Positions 1 to 11,241 are shown, counted from the first letter of the stretch. The stretch is 64,000 nucleotides of DNA from Rebecca billardiae RCC1528 (GCA_965240325.2 OZ251231.1:1736001-1800000), one strand, 5' to 3'. Numbers and translations are program-made. The notes: generated by a model not told the origin, from the sequence alone.

Positions 1-381
1 ACCGCGCAGCCAACATTGCTCCTCAGATCCACGGCTTGTAGGGTCAGATGGACCATCGCCAGGCATGCATCGTCGCAATGCATGCCCCAGAGGGCAGTAT
101 GACCGTCAGAACGGTGATCCTGGCCGCTACCTGCCCATCCTTCTCATGCGCAACCTCACCGGCGCCCCGGTCGTACGGGGTCGTGGACGTGGACGTGAGA
201 GTGGTCGAAAAGTCGGAAGGGAAGCTGTCACTCACGCACACGCGCTCGTACGGCGACGCCGACCGGCGTGTGGCATGCCCCCCGGTCCCGGACGTGCCAC
301 ACGCGCCTTGGAGTGCGTTGGGACGGGCATTCACGCCCGCCGTGGCTTCCCTTCCGAAGTGGGAAACTTCATCTGCCCCCC

Positions 382-384
<3 letters not shown>

Positions 385-466
<82 letters not shown>
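385..466. repeat. (TA)41 microsatellite
   Basis: Perfect TA dinucleotide tract read directly. Confidence 0.98.
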
Positions 467-467
<1 letters not shown>

Positions 468-831
468 CGACTTAACAGAGTCTGTTCGACGTGAGAACAT
501 TCCGGGGCCGGTGGCCCGGCGGTCGTCGCGGTATACAGTAGACGTAGTAGTCGAATATCCTGCCTCCCAGCTTCCGAGGAAGGCTCGTTTCAGGGGTCGT
601 CACAGAATTATAATCGTGGTCAGCTGACGAGACGATGCACTGCGGAGTGCAGCGAGTTGGCCGAATGGCCGCACATCCGTCTTCGGAGACCACGCTGCGA
701 CGGAGCCTGGCACCGGTGTCCAGTGCCACGGCTGACCGAGGCAGCCGGCTCCCAGCGCGGGGCCAGTGCCCGAAACGTCCGTGACGAAGCTGGACTAGGC
801 GCGGGACGAGCTGGCGCTCCACGCCCCGTGC

Positions 832-1446
832 CTAGTCCTCGTCATCCTGGTAGTGCTCGGCGATGACCTCCTTGAGTACCACCGAGATCTCAGTGTGCTC
901 ATCGCCCCACAGCGTGTCCTTGACCAATCTGCACGACACGCGCATGCCGACCATCTCCAGGGCGCCGCGGATGACGCCGCAGAGCAGATTGGAGAAGGCG
1001 AGGTTGGAGCAGTGCTCAGGGAGCTCGACGAACTCCGAAAGCGGGTTCTCTGCGAGCGTCAGCCGAAAGGCCGCATCTGGTGCCGACTGCTGCGACCCGT
1101 CTGCAGGCGGCGACATGGCAGCACTGGCGTGGTGGCACTCAGCCGTGACGCCAAGGAACATGCGGAACGCGACCTTCGCGATGACTTCTCCAGTCTCCTT
1201 GAAGTCGCGGCAGCTCGTCACGTTCGACTTGGCGAGGAACTCGTCGATCATGCGCATCCCAATGTTGTACCCCATCTTCTCGAGCTGCACGGACGTCTGC
1301 TCCACGTCGCCATCAGCGTCTTTGAGCAGCTGCGCGACGATAGCGCCGTACATGAGCGTAAAGAGCTCGCCGCTGACCTTCTCGATCTTGTTGAAGGCCA
1401 CATCCCCCAGCCGCTGGTATGGCGGCGCCGCCCCGGGAGGGGGCAT
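832..1446 (-). CDS. BET3: TRAPP complex subunit Bet3/TRAPPC3 (~204 aa)
   Basis: KVSGELFTLMYGAIVAQLLKD...QLEKMGYNIGMRMIDEFLAKS...CRDFKETGEVIAKVAFRMFLG...ENPLSEFVELP...SNLLCGVIRGALEMV are Bet3 hallmarks. Start placed at ATG 1446 (MPPPGAAP); the ORF-track extension to 1842 is probably non-coding. Confidence 0.95.
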   Translation of the reverse strand: MPPPGAAPPYQRLGDVAFNKIEKVSGELFTLMYGAIVAQLLKDADGDVEQTSVQLEKMGYNIGMRMIDEFLAKSNVTSCRDFKETGEVIAKVAFRMFLGVTAECHHASAAMSPPADGSQQSAPDAAFRLTLAENPLSEFVELPEHCSNLAFSNLLCGVIRGALEMVGMRVSCRLVKDTLWGDEHTEISVVLKEVIAEHYQDDED

Positions 1447-3291
1447 CAGTCGCTGCAGCGCCGCAGCGTCCGCGCAATGCCCGCCCGAGTCGACCAAGGA
1501 AGGCCAGCGGCGCGGCCGGACTGCTTCTATGGTATCCGGACCAGATTGTCCAGTTCGGTCGCATGGACGCGGCGACGCGCCGACTACGGGCCCACGCTGC
1601 GACTGGTGCGCGCAGCGTTCTCGGCTCTTCGCGCGAGCGGGCCATGCTCGGCCGGGGGGAGGGGGCGTGCGAGTGCTGCAGGTGACGAACACACTCATGC
1701 GCGTCAAATGAATCCAGACGTGTTTCAAACAGCACTCCATTCTAATTCTATCCGATGCAGCCTCGGCGCGGTGGTGGGAGCGAAGCGGGGAGGGCGGGTG
1801 CTCGCGGGCATGCACGGTGACACTTACCAAGCGTCCACGCACGGTCCATGCGTGGCCGTCAATGGCGTCTCACCAACATCCACCACGGGACCAGTCTTCG
1901 GGCGGGTGCGCCTTCTCCTTTGCCCCGTTCCTCAAGTTCACCCCGGGACACTTTGACCATCGACGAGATGTGCAGCGCGGCGCCCCTCGCCCTTGACACT
2001 CCGTGGCCGGGCGCCGCTTGGCTGCCTGCGCCCCCAATCAAGGGCCACACGCACGAGCTGCATTGTCAGCAATTGGCCAGTGCTCCGCACGAGGACGCCA
2101 CATTGTTGGAATGCAGCCAACACCCCCGTGCCAGCCGCAGCACAGCCCGCGCGGGCTTTTCACCTGGTGCTGTCTCCGGTACAGCATTGGGCAGTAAACC
2201 CACGCAACAGCAGCAGCCTTCGACTATTCGCCGGCTGCGGCCTGTCAGGTGGCGTGGCCGGTTTATCATCGGAGTGACATGCACTCACACACGCGCGTTT
2301 CCCTGCGCTCACCATCCCCCCTCTCCCGGTGTGCCTCGCGGCGGCCCACGGCCCCGCCACCAAGCGCAGCAGCGCACAGGCTGACCAGCGCCAGGACGGC
2401 CACGACAGCATCTGGCCCGCGCTTCGCTCGTCCGTCGCACCGTCCCACATCACGCTGCCGGCGAGCATCACGAACACGCGGAGCTCGGCGGCGGCAGCCA
2501 GGACGGCCGGGCGTTGTGACAGTTTCAGACAGCATTGTCAGTCAGACTCACACAACCGTGTATGTAGTCAGTGCCGTCGCACACGTGTTGCCTGCTGCTG
2601 CCTGCAGACTTTTTTTGGCTTATGAGCGTCACCGATGTAGCAGATGAACATGCATATATATATATATGATTTACAGCAGCGTCATCATCATGACATCATC
2701 ATCGGCCATTAATAATAAGACCGGCCGATTTCGGCCGACAGTACATAGTAGCTGCGAGTATACCGGTCGACAGGTACGGCACGGCAGAGTGGAATCAGTC
2801 TGATGACGCGGCTCGGCGGCTATACACCGTCATCAGTCTGATCGAATATCGATGCTGATGCGCCGGTCTAAACCACGTCGTCGTCGACGTCATCACCGAC
2901 TAGGCGACTACTACCGACTAGTACCGAGTCTCGGACCGCAGCCCTGACGGCGCCGCACAGCCACAGTGCCCTCGGCCGCGCATCAGGCTGATTCTGTGAT
3001 CAGGGCCAGGCGGTCCATCGGCTGTCACTCTAGAGTCTAGTCAGCAGACATCGTGATCGGCTCCGCGGAGTCCGCCGAATCTGATGGCGAATAAGCATCA
3101 TTCATCGTCATCATGATCATCAATAATTATTAAGAATGTCAGTATAAACGAATCGCGGTCTACTATAATCGGACGACTGACGTCTGAGATGGATCAACGC
3201 CGGCGCCGCAGACGTGAGACGAGGACATTGCCGCCCGGCCGCTGCCACTGGTGCCGTGCAGGGTGCAGGGTTCTGCCGTGTTGACGCACTT

Positions 3292-4976
3292 TCAGCGGTG
3301 CGAGCTGACGTGGATCACAGCCGACTCGGCCGCGAGCGCGGCCAAGCAGAATGCGGCGAGCGGCAGTGTGCCCGGCGTGCCCGTGAGCGCGACGAGCCCG
3401 ACCATCATCAAGATGGGCGCGTGGACGGCGAGGTGGCCGTTCCAGAACGAGTCCTCGTCCAGCTTGGGGCCGGACACCTGTGCGCCCGCGAGCTCGCCGA
3501 CGCGCAATGCCTTCAGGATCACGCGCGCCTTGGCCGAGTGGCCGACGTCGTCAAACGCCTTGCTGGCGTCGCGCCCCGCCAGCTCGAGCAGCACCTGCTT
3601 GCCACCCGGGTGCTTCGCCGCGTACGACGTCACGTCGTACACGGTGCCGCCGATCGCGAGCCACGCCGACTCTGGCGTGGCGTGCTCCGCGAGCTGCGCA
3701 AGGGTGATCTTGCCCTGGGCGGCCTCGGCGGCAGCGGCGGCGCTAGAAAGGGCGGCCTCGTGCTCACGCCGTGCCGCCTCCTCCGCCTGCACCTGCTGCA
3801 CGTCGAGCGACGTCGCCTGCGCGCCGATGTACTGCGCGCGGCCCGCCTTGCGCGAGCCGAACGCGGCGTCCCAGAGCCCGCCCGCCGCCGAGAAGGTGAA
3901 GTTGCACCGCTTCGAGCCCTCGTGGTGGAGGTCGTGGTGGTGCGGCATCTGCGAGAAGGGCAGGAAGCGCTGCAGGTTGTGCGCCACATTGAAGTAGCAC
4001 GACACGCCCGAGTGCTTCTCCAGCGACTCCATGATGCGCAGGAAGTGGATGAGGTAGTAGCCGCTGAAGTCGAGCGGGATCAGCAGCTGCGCAAACGTGT
4101 GGCCGTAGATCGCGTTCATGAAGTTGTCGAAGGCGTGCGCCTGGTACGTGTTGCGCGAGAGCGGGTGCGTGGCCTGGTGGTGCACGCCATGGATGTGCGC
4201 CCACTTCCATGGCACCACGTGCCCCGCGCGGTGCGCCCAGTACATCGTGAACGAGAGGCAGTACTGGTGCGCGAGCACGAGCGCGAGCCGCGCCGCCCAT
4301 GAGCGCGTCGACGCGCCCGCGGCCGGGTAGAAGGCGGGGATGAGGAGGTAGAGCGTGAGCGCGAGCAGCGCATCAAGTGTGAGCGTCGCGCGGTCGTGCA
4401 GCGTCTGCGCGCGCAGGTCCTTCAGCTCGCGGCCCGTCAGGTCGCACTTCTCGCGCAGCGCGTGCTCGAGCGGCGGCTGCGTGCGGTACTGCGGCTTGGT
4501 GAAGTAGACGTACTCGAGCCACGCGTTGTAGCCGCGGCTGAAGAGCGACATGGCGAGCATCCATGCACCGATTTCGACGAGTGACTGCGACCCCACCGAG
4601 GGCGTGAAGTGACCTCCTGGGTTGAGCGCGCCGAGCGCGATCATGCCAACGCGCGAGCCAAACTCGATGGCCGTGTTCACCACGTCGCCGGAGAAGAGGA
4701 GGGAGCTGAAGTGGCGGCCCTGAAGCTCCTGCTCGTCGTGAAGCGTACGCGTTGGGCTGGCGCTCGCGCTGCGGGGCGGCGACCACGTTGGGCAGGAGCG
4801 CGCGCGCGGCGGCGGAGCGCGGTCAGCACCGGCGCATGCGTGCGCGTGCGCTCGGCAACACGCGCCGCAGCGGCTCACCTGCTCACGCGCGGGAGGCTGT
4901 CCTTGTTCTTGGATCGGAGGCGGACAACCGCCTGCTGCTGCGGATCGGAGATCGTCGCGATCGTCGTCTGCGACAT
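3292..4976 (-). CDS. Fatty-acid hydroxylase/sterol desaturase family protein with C-terminal cytochrome b5 domain; exons 4976-4879 and 4768-3292
   Basis: His boxes YWAHRAGH, HIHGVHH, EKHSG, HHHDLHH, then b5 motif AWLAIGGTVYDVTSYAAKHPGGKQVL...DASKAFDDVGHS and a hydrophobic tail. The GTGAG...CGCAG intron 4878-4769 is phase-2 compatible. Confidence 0.88.
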
Positions 4977-5366
4977 GGAGCTTGGAGGTGTGCGGGCGCG
5001 GGTGTGTCTCGGGCGGGAGTTTGCGGTCGCTCGCGGTGTGCGTGCGTTGCGTGAGCTCCTACTACTGAGCTCGTCGTCAGCTCGAGGCGCTGGGCTTTGC
5101 TTCCCCGGTAGGTTGGGCACACGAACCTGCCGGAGATTTCGCGCCTTGAATCAGCGCAGGTTGAAGGTGAAATCTGCGCTCGCACGGTTGGAACTTGGAA
5201 GGTTCCGAAGAGAGGCGCCGCCGTGCAGGCTGGTATTTTCGTCTGCTGATACCAATAGCTACCACAGTTTACTATGTTTTAACGTGCACACAGTAAGCAG
5301 TAGCAGTATTCGTGCTCAGCTGTAACGACGTACGTAACCGAGCCGGTACGATGCCCCGTCACTGGC

Positions 5367-7859
5367 TCACTGCGAGGGCAAGACCAGCGGCTGCAGCACG
5401 GCTTTCTCCACGCCCGCCACGACGACACGCGCGGTGAGCCGCGTGCCCGCGCCGCTCTGGTCGACGCCCTGGTCGCAGAAGCTCAGCTCGTACTCACCGC
5501 GCACGCTCACGCCGTCGCCTGCCTCGTCGTACAGCTGCAGTGCGCGCGCCGACGCGTCGAAGCGGAGCGTCGCCGCCTCGGCCGGCCCGAGCGACACGCG
5601 CTGGAAGTCGAAGAGCTGGTACGCCACGGCGCTCGCCGCCTCGGCAGCCGGGAGGCGCGTCGGCGAGAAGAAGGCGGTGATGACTGTGTCACCTCGCACC
5701 GCGCCCGTGTTGGCGACGACGAGCTCAAACGTGCGCACGCGGTCGGGGTGCCGGTTGTCGAGGCTCGCCTTGCGCACGTCCGCGCCACGCGCCGCCCAGT
5801 GCAGTGAGAAGCTGGTGTAGCTCAGCCCGAAGCCGAACGGCCACAGCACATGCTTGGCAGGGTCGCCGCCGTGGTACCGGTACGTGCGGCCGAGCGCGTT
5901 GCCCGCGTGCGGCGCGACGTGGAAGTCGAGCATCCCGACGGCGCGCGTGTACGAGCGGCGGTACACGGTGACGGGCAGCTTGCCGAAGCGGTTGGCGTGG
6001 CGCACGTCGCCGAACAGCGCCTGCGCGATCGTCTCCGAGCCGTAGAAGCCCGGGTAGAACCCCTCGACGATCGCGGCCGGCCCTCCTCGGATGGCCTCGG
6101 CCGCGACCGCGCCACCGTTGATCAGCACGACGACGACGCGCGCGCAGGCGCGCAGCACGGCGCGGATGAGCGCGGGCTGCGCGCCGGGGAGGCCGAGCTC
6201 GGCGCGGTCTCGCCCCTCCTCCTCCACGCTCGAGTCGAGCCCGACGAAGAGGATGGCCTGATCCGCGCGCCGCGCCGCCTCGACCGCCGCGCGCAGCCCG
6301 CGCCTATCTGTGGAGCGCACGCTGGGCAGCCCGGGCGCGTGGAGCACTGGCCCGCGCGCGAGCGCGCGCACGGCCTCGAGCGGGGTGGCGACGCACGCAA
6401 AGTACCACTCGGGCCGCTGCTCGCCCGTGCCCGCCGCGGTGTGGTTCCCCGGGCACACCTGCCCGAAGTACTTGCCGAGGAGGACCTCGCGCGCGCTCGA
6501 GAGGGGGCCGATCACAGCCGTGGTCGCGGCCTCGGCCGCGCTCAGTGGCAGCACGCGCGGCGAGGCGCGGTCGGGCTCGGCGCCGCTGCGGTACGCGAGG
6601 GCTGGGTTCTGCAGCAGCACGAGCGACTGCGCCGACAGCTCGCGCGCGAGCCGCTCGTGCTCCGGCGCGCGCACGGCCGTCGGCGGGATGCGCCACAGCG
6701 GCTGGTCGTCAATCGGGTCGAAGAGGCCGAGCCGAAAGCGCACACGGAGCGCGCGCGCGACGGCGGCGTCGAGCTGCCCGCGGGTGAGCGCGCCGGTGCG
6801 CACCGCGCGCGCCGCCTCGTCCATGTACGGCGAGCCCGTGCCCCACGGCTCGCCCTGCGGCCAGTCCGCGCTGTCCACATCGCAACCGGCCGCGAGCGCG
6901 CGCGACACCGCGCACGTCGCGTTCGCGCAGAAGCGATGGGCCTTGTAAATGTCAGCGACCGCCCCCGAGTCGCTCGTGACGTAGCCGTCGAAGCGCCAGG
7001 TGGAGCGCAGCACGGTGCGGAGTAGCCACGCGCTCGCGCACGCGGGCGTGCCGTTCACCGCGTTGTACGAGCACATCACGCCCGCCGCGCCGCCCTGCTC
7101 GACGCCCAGCCGGAAGGGGCGGAGATATGTGGAGGCCGCGTCCCGGCGCGTCAGCACCGCGTTGGCCGTGTGCCGCGTGACGGTGCCGTTGGCGGGGTCG
7201 AAGGTGCCGTTCGCGTCCCAGTGGCCCTCTAGGCTGTTCGCGTCGAAGTGCTTCAGCGTCGCCACCGCCTGCAGGAAGCGGCGCTCGAGCGGCGAGCGCT
7301 GCAGCCCAAGCGAGTACTCGACGCCGAACAGGCCGGCAAGCAGCGGGTCTTCGGACGCAGTCTCCATGTTGCGCCCCCAGCGCGGGTCCCGCGTGACCGC
7401 GACGTTGGGCGACCAGCAATCGAGGCCGATGTGCGGCAGGTTCCCGTCGTGGTCCTCGCCCACGCCCTGCAGCCAGAGCGAGCGGAGCTCGACCCCGATG
7501 GCCGCGCCCATCGCGCGCCAGCCCGTGCGGTTGAACGTCGCGCCGAGCGCGCCCGGCGTGGGGAAGGACGTCGGGCACCGCGTGAAGTTCGAGCCACAGC
7601 GCGCCTGCACGCCGTGCACGCAGTTGCCGCCCCAGTCGTACTCGGGCACGCCGAGGCGCGGGATGGCGCCCCGCGGGCTCGCGCGCGCGGTCAGGAGGAC
7701 CGGCTTCTCCTCCTCGCGCAGCCGGCCGACGAGGTCGGCGACGCGCGCATCGAGACCGAGCTTCGGATCGCAGAACGGGAACTCCTCGCGATCCGACGGC
7801 CTCGAGCACGCGCGCGGGATCGTGCCCGCCGACGCGGCGGCGAGCAGCACGGCGAGCAT
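5367..7859 (-). CDS. Secreted glycoside hydrolase family 3 beta-xylosidase-like protein with C-terminal Fn3-like domain
   Basis: Signal peptide MLAVLLAAASAG; WSPNV..RDPRWGR.MET.SEDP, LKHF, VMCSYNAVNG, FDGYVTSD (nucleophile region), EEEGRDR, PFGFGLSYTSF. Confidence 0.93.
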   Translation of the reverse strand: MLAVLLAAASAGTIPRACSRPSDREEFPFCDPKLGLDARVADLVGRLREEEKPVLLTARASPRGAIPRLGVPEYDWGGNCVHGVQARCGSNFTRCPTSFPTPGALGATFNRTGWRAMGAAIGVELRSLWLQGVGEDHDGNLPHIGLDCWSPNVAVTRDPRWGRNMETASEDPLLAGLFGVEYSLGLQRSPLERRFLQAVATLKHFDANSLEGHWDANGTFDPANGTVTRHTANAVLTRRDAASTYLRPFRLGVEQGGAAGVMCSYNAVNGTPACASAWLLRTVLRSTWRFDGYVTSDSGAVADIYKAHRFCANATCAVSRALAAGCDVDSADWPQGEPWGTGSPYMDEAARAVRTGALTRGQLDAAVARALRVRFRLGLFDPIDDQPLWRIPPTAVRAPEHERLARELSAQSLVLLQNPALAYRSGAEPDRASPRVLPLSAAEAATTAVIGPLSSAREVLLGKYFGQVCPGNHTAAGTGEQRPEWYFACVATPLEAVRALARGPVLHAPGLPSVRSTDRRGLRAAVEAARRADQAILFVGLDSSVEEEGRDRAELGLPGAQPALIRAVLRACARVVVVLINGGAVAAEAIRGGPAAIVEGFYPGFYGSETIAQALFGDVRHANRFGKLPVTVYRRSYTRAVGMLDFHVAPHAGNALGRTYRYHGGDPAKHVLWPFGFGLSYTSFSLHWAARGADVRKASLDNRHPDRVRTFELVVANTGAVRGDTVITAFFSPTRLPAAEAASAVAYQLFDFQRVSLGPAEAATLRFDASARALQLYDEAGDGVSVRGEYELSFCDQGVDQSGAGTRLTARVVVAGVEKAVLQPLVLPSQ

Positions 7860-7988
7860 GAACGGGCGGGCCTTCGCGAGTTCGCGTCCACTCGGAGTCC
7901 CCGGCCGTCCGCGCCACTCCAGCTTCTCAAAGCTCTGGCGCCGATCGCCGATTATTCTCGCCGACGACAGGACCACCGCGGCACAAGC

Positions 7989-8741
7989 ATGTCGCTCAGC
8001 CTGATGCGCGCCATTGGCGTGCGCGCGTGCGGGGGGCGAATCCCGTTTCCACGCATCGCCGCTCGCGCGCTATGCACGCACGAGCGCAGCGCGCCCGACC
8101 CGGAGCAGCTCGCCGCAGCCCTCGCCTCCGACCCAGACCTTGCAGAGAAGGTTCTCGCCACGCTGCCCGAGGGAGCGCGCAAAAGGATCGGGCTGGCATG
8201 GGCCATGACGGCGCTCGAGGACGAGTTCTCCAAAGCGGACGTGAATAAGGACGGTACGCTGTCGTACGAGGAGTTCTCCAGATGGGGTCGTGAGGTCGTC
8301 CAGTCCGGGCCATCACCGGACACCACGCCGCCCAGCAACACGCAGCTGTGGCACCACTTCCTGCGTTGCACCGTCCCCTTCACTGCGTTTGGCATGGTGG
8401 ACAACGGGCTGATGGTGATCACGGGCGAGGCGATCGACAGCACGCTCGGCGCGCTGCTGGGCATCAGCACGCTCGCCGCGGCGGCGCTGGGTAACGCGGC
8501 GAGTAATGGGATTGGGATGGGCGCGCACGGCGCCATCGAGCGCATGGTCGCGCGGCTGGGCATCCCGGACCCGCACCTGACGCTCGCACAGATGCGCTCC
8601 CCGACCACCATGATGGTCAAGACGAGCGGCGGCATTTTCGGCGTGTGCGTTGGCTGCCTGATCGGCATGTTCCCGCTACTCTTTATGAACAAGCAGCGGG
8701 AGGGCGCGGAGGCCGACGACGGGGACGGGGGCAAGGCCTAG
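7989..8741 (+). CDS. TMEM65: TMEM65-like mitochondrial membrane protein with one EF-hand (250 aa)
   Basis: Arg-rich presequence-like N-terminus; EF loop DVNKDGTLSYEEF (8238-8276); TMEM65 motif VPFTAFGMVDNGLMVITGEAIDSTLG..LGISTLAAAALGN...GVCVGCLIGMFPLLF. Confidence 0.88.
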   Translation: MSLSLMRAIGVRACGGRIPFPRIAARALCTHERSAPDPEQLAAALASDPDLAEKVLATLPEGARKRIGLAWAMTALEDEFSKADVNKDGTLSYEEFSRWGREVVQSGPSPDTTPPSNTQLWHHFLRCTVPFTAFGMVDNGLMVITGEAIDSTLGALLGISTLAAAALGNAASNGIGMGAHGAIERMVARLGIPDPHLTLAQMRSPTTMMVKTSGGIFGVCVGCLIGMFPLLFMNKQREGAEADDGDGGKA

Positions 8742-10364
8742 TTACTGCTGTGCTCCATACCCTGCCCGGCGCCCAGCTTCCCTCGCACCTGCCGCGCGGC
8801 TTCTGACGGCTTCCAGTCACGGTGCCACTCGTCACGGACCACCGCCAGCCGTCGTCGGGGACGGGTGTGAGGTGACTGTGTTGTCACGGACTGGCTCTGA
8901 AGTCTGAGCTGCGACGATATGGCAGGCCGGTGGCGCGGTGCGCCGGCCGGGCCCTCAGCCTCAGGCCGACGGCGACGACGACTAATACTGTACGGAGCCC
9001 CTGACAGGCTGGCTCACTATTTGCACTAGTAACGTCAATGATGGTATAGTGTCACTGTGATATATACTGTATGAGACTGACTGCATGTGAAATTCTCCGC
9101 CAAAGGATGAGCATATATTGCGCGTGGCTTGAGAGTCAGAGAGCACTCTGAGCAGTCATATCGTAGGAACGACATCACGCCTTTCAGTTGAATATCACTG
9201 ATCACTGACTTTCAGCGTACTGTGTACATATGCCATCATTCTGATCGACCTGCGCGGCGGCGCGACCAGCGGCGTCACGGACACGGTCCGCGCCGCCGAC
9301 CGGATGATGAATCCTGTCGTGGTAATCAAGCGGGTCGCGCGCGGATCGTCGGACTGCCCGCCGGCGGACGATCTGACGAGTGTCGAGTGACTACTGACGG
9401 TGCCGGCAGCCGGCGCGCCCGGGCGCCGGCCCGTCGGCCCGGCAGCGGCCGCCTGGCGCCCGGCCGCCGGGCCCGCGGGGGTCGCGCGCCCGCGGGCCCC
9501 GGGCCGCGGCGGGCCCGGCCCCGGCCCGGCGGGCGGGGGCCGCGGCGCCGGTATAGTGCCGCGCCGCGCGCGGTTTCGACAGTTCGGCCCCGGCCGGCGG
9601 GGCCGCGCCGGCGCGCGCGGCGGGCGCGGGCCGCGGCCGCGGGACCGTGTGACCCGTGGCCACTGACTGGGTGGGGCACGCGGCCCGCCGCCGTGGCCGT
9701 GTGCCGGGGCGGCGTGACGCCGGCGGGCCGGCGGCGGCTGGCACTGGCAGTGGCGTGCCGGCGTCCGGGACCGGGCCCGCGTCGCGCCGCCGAGGGCAGT
9801 GGGAGTACTGGGAGTGGGACCGGACCGACACCGTGTAGTTAGTGTCTGTACTCTGTATCATAGTAATTGTCTGTAATTAGTATATCAGTAGTCGCAGTAA
9901 TTCTTGCCGCTGACACTGTGAACTAAATCAAAATGTCATGTAGTAAGCTATAGGCACTGAGCACATATGCGCGCTCATCATTCATCATGAAACTCGTCTC
10001 GAGTTACGAGTCGAGCCCGAGCACGCAGCCGCAGGGGCGCCGCACGGTCTCTGACTCTCGTCTCTCTCTCTGACCCTTCGGCGCGGAACTTCGGACTCGG
10101 AGTCTGCGCCAGAGATGGCGATTTGCACCGGCGCGGCAGCCCCCGAGGCAGACACCTGACGTGCCATCGGACGCCACCACCGACGAGGCGGTCCGTAAGG
10201 GAGCGGCACAGGCGTGTCGCGGACGGCACTCCAGCCGCTGCAACATGCGTGCAGATCTCCTGTTGCAGCCCACGAGACATGCTCTTTCTCAGCGGTTCCT
10301 GCGCGGCGTGGAGGCAGGCAGTGGCTGCGGCACGTGCGGAGCAGCAGGCGCGAGCTAGCTCGGC

Positions 10365-10994
10365 TCATTGCGTGCCGTTGACTGGCGCTGCGCCCCCAAC
10401 GCCCTCGCCCAGGGCGTGTGCACTGCCCGCCGGGATCGGAAGCGGACCCAGCGACATAGACGGCGGCGGCATCGCAAACTGGCCAGCTGCGTAAGGCATC
10501 GGCTGCGAGCACTGCGGGAACGGCGGGATGCAGCCGGCCGCGGCGGCCGCGGCGGCTGTATGGTTCGCGTCAACCATGTCGTCCGTGTTCTCCGACGAGT
10601 CGCGCTTGCGCCGCTGCCCGCGCACCTCCGTGCCCACCTCGGTAGACATGGTCTCCTTGTAGCGCGAGAGATAGACTGAGAGCGGCTCCGCGTAGTTGTC
10701 GAAGCCGAGGTTGCGCATGGCCCAGATGAGGTCCTCGCCGTTGATCGTCTTGCGCTTCTCCTGCACGCACTTGTCGTTCGCCTCGGCGGTGATGAACGAG
10801 ATGAACTCAGACACACACTCCTGCACGGTCTCCTTTGCATCCTTGGAGATCTTTGCGGACGCGGGCATGCCCGCCTTCATGATGCGGCCGATGTTGGCGA
10901 TGGGGAGCAGGTGGTCCTGCTCGCGCACGTCGAGCCCCCCGAGATCGTCGTCGCCCAGACCTGCCCCGCCATCCCCGTTCTCCCTGTCCTCCAT
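10365..10994 (-). CDS. NFYB: Nuclear transcription factor Y subunit B (HAP3/CBF-A), histone fold
   Basis: [18 protein letters not shown]...[60 protein letters not shown]. Start at ATG 10994. Confidence 0.96.
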   Translation of the reverse strand: MEDRENGDGGAGLGDDDLGGLDVREQDHLLPIANIGRIMKAGMPASAKISKDAKETVQECVSEFISFITAEANDKCVQEKRKTINGEDLIWAMRNLGFDNYAEPLSVYLSRYKETMSTEVGTEVRGQRRKRDSSENTDDMVDANHTAAAAAAAGCIPPFPQCSQPMPYAAGQFAMPPPSMSLGPLPIPAGSAHALGEGVGGAAPVNGTQ

Positions 10995-11080
10995 CGTGTG
11001 GCAGTGTGGCACTGCCGCGTGTTGTACGCCGCCCTTGTGTCCCCGGTCCAAGGTTGTGCCGCCCCGCCGCCCCGCAAGGA

Positions 11081-11241
11081 GACCAATGGGGTGGCAGGGC
11101 AGAGAACGGCAGGTTGCGATGACATGCGGAAGTCTCGCATCTTCTAAATCAATCGGCCAGATTAATCAACCGCTCCGAGAACTGAGGACTGCGCGCGCGT
11201 GAATTGGATGTTTCCCGGCCTGTGCCCGCACCTGATTGGCC
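11081..11241. promoter_or_regulatory. Candidate CCAAT boxes in the bidirectional NF-YB/NF-YC intergenic region
   Basis: GACCAATGG (core 11083-11087, +), ATTGG 11203-11207, CTGATTGGCC (core 11235-11239; GGCCAATCAG on -). Two match the RRCCAATSR consensus. Confidence 0.5.

Noticed and set aside
48-475. ORFs ending in YIYIYI (also near 46100-46190)
   Set aside because: Translation of TA microsatellites.
1810-2647. Possible + strand gene divergent from BET3
   Set aside because: Splice-like signals exist and the layout predicts a transcript, but no frame gives a convincing protein; left uncalled.
7248-7988. N-terminal ORF extensions that make GH3/TMEM65 (and 37297-38901/38563-39897) overlap
   Set aside because: Downstream ATGs give proper targeting peptides or a repeat-aligned start and remove the overlaps.
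9222-9861. Arg/Gly/Pro-rich ORFs over GC cores (also 13298-14122)
   Set aside because: Stop-free only because of extreme GC; no codon bias or domain.
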